DNA of 63,024 nucleotides, the filler included, from Asterionella formosa (Eukaryota), in the NCBI GenBank assembly GCA_002256025.1. It is 28 parts of 28 records of this genome, joined end to end, with 100 filler letters (N's around TTAATTAATTAA, not from the genome) between each part and the next. Parts side by side here need not be neighbours in the genome. Positions count along the whole stretch, not along the records: positions 60,879 to 63,024 come from NKIB01000332.1; 27 more parts are not named here. One strand, 5' to 3'. Below the pieces are notes generated by a model. It had not been told where the DNA came from and did no database searches. It was given only the letters and a program-made list of their open reading frames with translations. A program made the position numbers and the translations under genes. Below, piece by piece: positions 62,037 through 63,024 of the stretch (position 1 is its first letter; every line of letters starts with the position of its first letter).

Positions 62037-63024
62037 ATGTTATAGTTCGTGAATTGCAGGTACCTGCAAAACTACTTCTTTGGGGAAATGTTATTTTCTC
62101 CAACACAACAAACCATTCTCTTAGCGTGTATTCGTTCCTTGAAAAGTTCAACTGAAATGAAAATTCATAAACGTATGTTTTTTGCAAGAGGAGACACCTT
62201 ATGCAATGATACAACTGAATTGAGCGTTGTTGAATTTCATAACATACTTTTGGCAGCATTTTTTGTTCCTGCTTTGAAACCACAGGAATCAAGGAAATCT
62301 CTGAAACCGTAAGAAGTTTTGGAACAGATACGGAAAGATAATTTTTATGTTGCCATGCCTCCACGTAATTTATAGAAATCAATCGGGTGGGACCAAAAAC
62401 TAACTAGCGAACGTTGATAAATATATAAGAATAATATAAATGATAATGGTAACAATATAGTTTCGCATACTAAATTGGTTATTATGAGGTTTTCACAAAC
62501 TACAATTTCCTAAGAAATGATGACATTGGATAATCCCAATGGTCTATTATTTGTTCTTTTTCACTCCCAAAGAACAACCTAAGATGGTCCTTCTCGTTTC
62601 GTCCGAAATTTTGCTTCTCCACTTTTCAGCTGCAGTTCGATATGAGTCTGTAAACTTTTTCAATTTGATTCCAGAAGGGCTATCATCAGATACAAAATTT
62701 TCTTTCAACTTTTTGTCAATTTTGATGCATCCAGCCAGAAATGTGGCCAAGAGGTGCATGATTATACCATTTGAAGGGAGCAAGTTTGTCATTACTTTGT
62801 TGTATCATGGATTTTACGTAGACAACTTCATCCTTCTTGAAAGAAGAGTTGCAAGGAACTCGTCCAAATATTTAACATTTTTAAATCTAAATAGGAAGTC
62901 AAAATTTTGTCGATACAAAATTGAAGAACAGTTATTTCCAACTGAAACATATCCTCACGAGAATTTGTCGTTGTCACTTGAGGCCAAACTGTTCCAAGAT
63001 GAAAGTATGTTGACTTGGTTGGTG

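Overview
Not a contiguous locus. The window is 28 unrelated ~2.15-kb contigs, roughly size-sorted, joined by an artificial 100-nt linker (N44-TTAATTAATTAA-N44). Short GT-AG introns, PGRL1, QCR9, a diatom-like 5S rRNA and the transposon types point to a photosynthetic stramenopile, most likely a diatom. It is a repeat-rich fraction of mostly decayed elements: DD39D mariner, pogo-like, Harbinger, Plavaka, Kolobok, Crypton, Copia, Gypsy-like, non-LTR and MITEs. Host genes are few: CNDP2/DUG1 dipeptidase, two kinases, an AAA-ATPase, PGRL1, QCR9, ABCB and HECT fragments, and two 4-TM proteins. The best finding is a circularly permuted tRNA-Arg(ACG) gene (30901-31017), split at 37/38, whose leader and trailer form a near-perfect bulge-helix-bulge. 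Next are a Copia element whose primer-binding site is complementary to its own LTR (possible self-priming), a CA...TG transposon family with a 2-bp TSD carrying a Zn-finger plus 2OG-Fe(II) dioxygenase, and a Kolobok family encoding a P2X7-ballast-like Cys-rich protein. All family calls come from motif recognition by eye; no searches were run.
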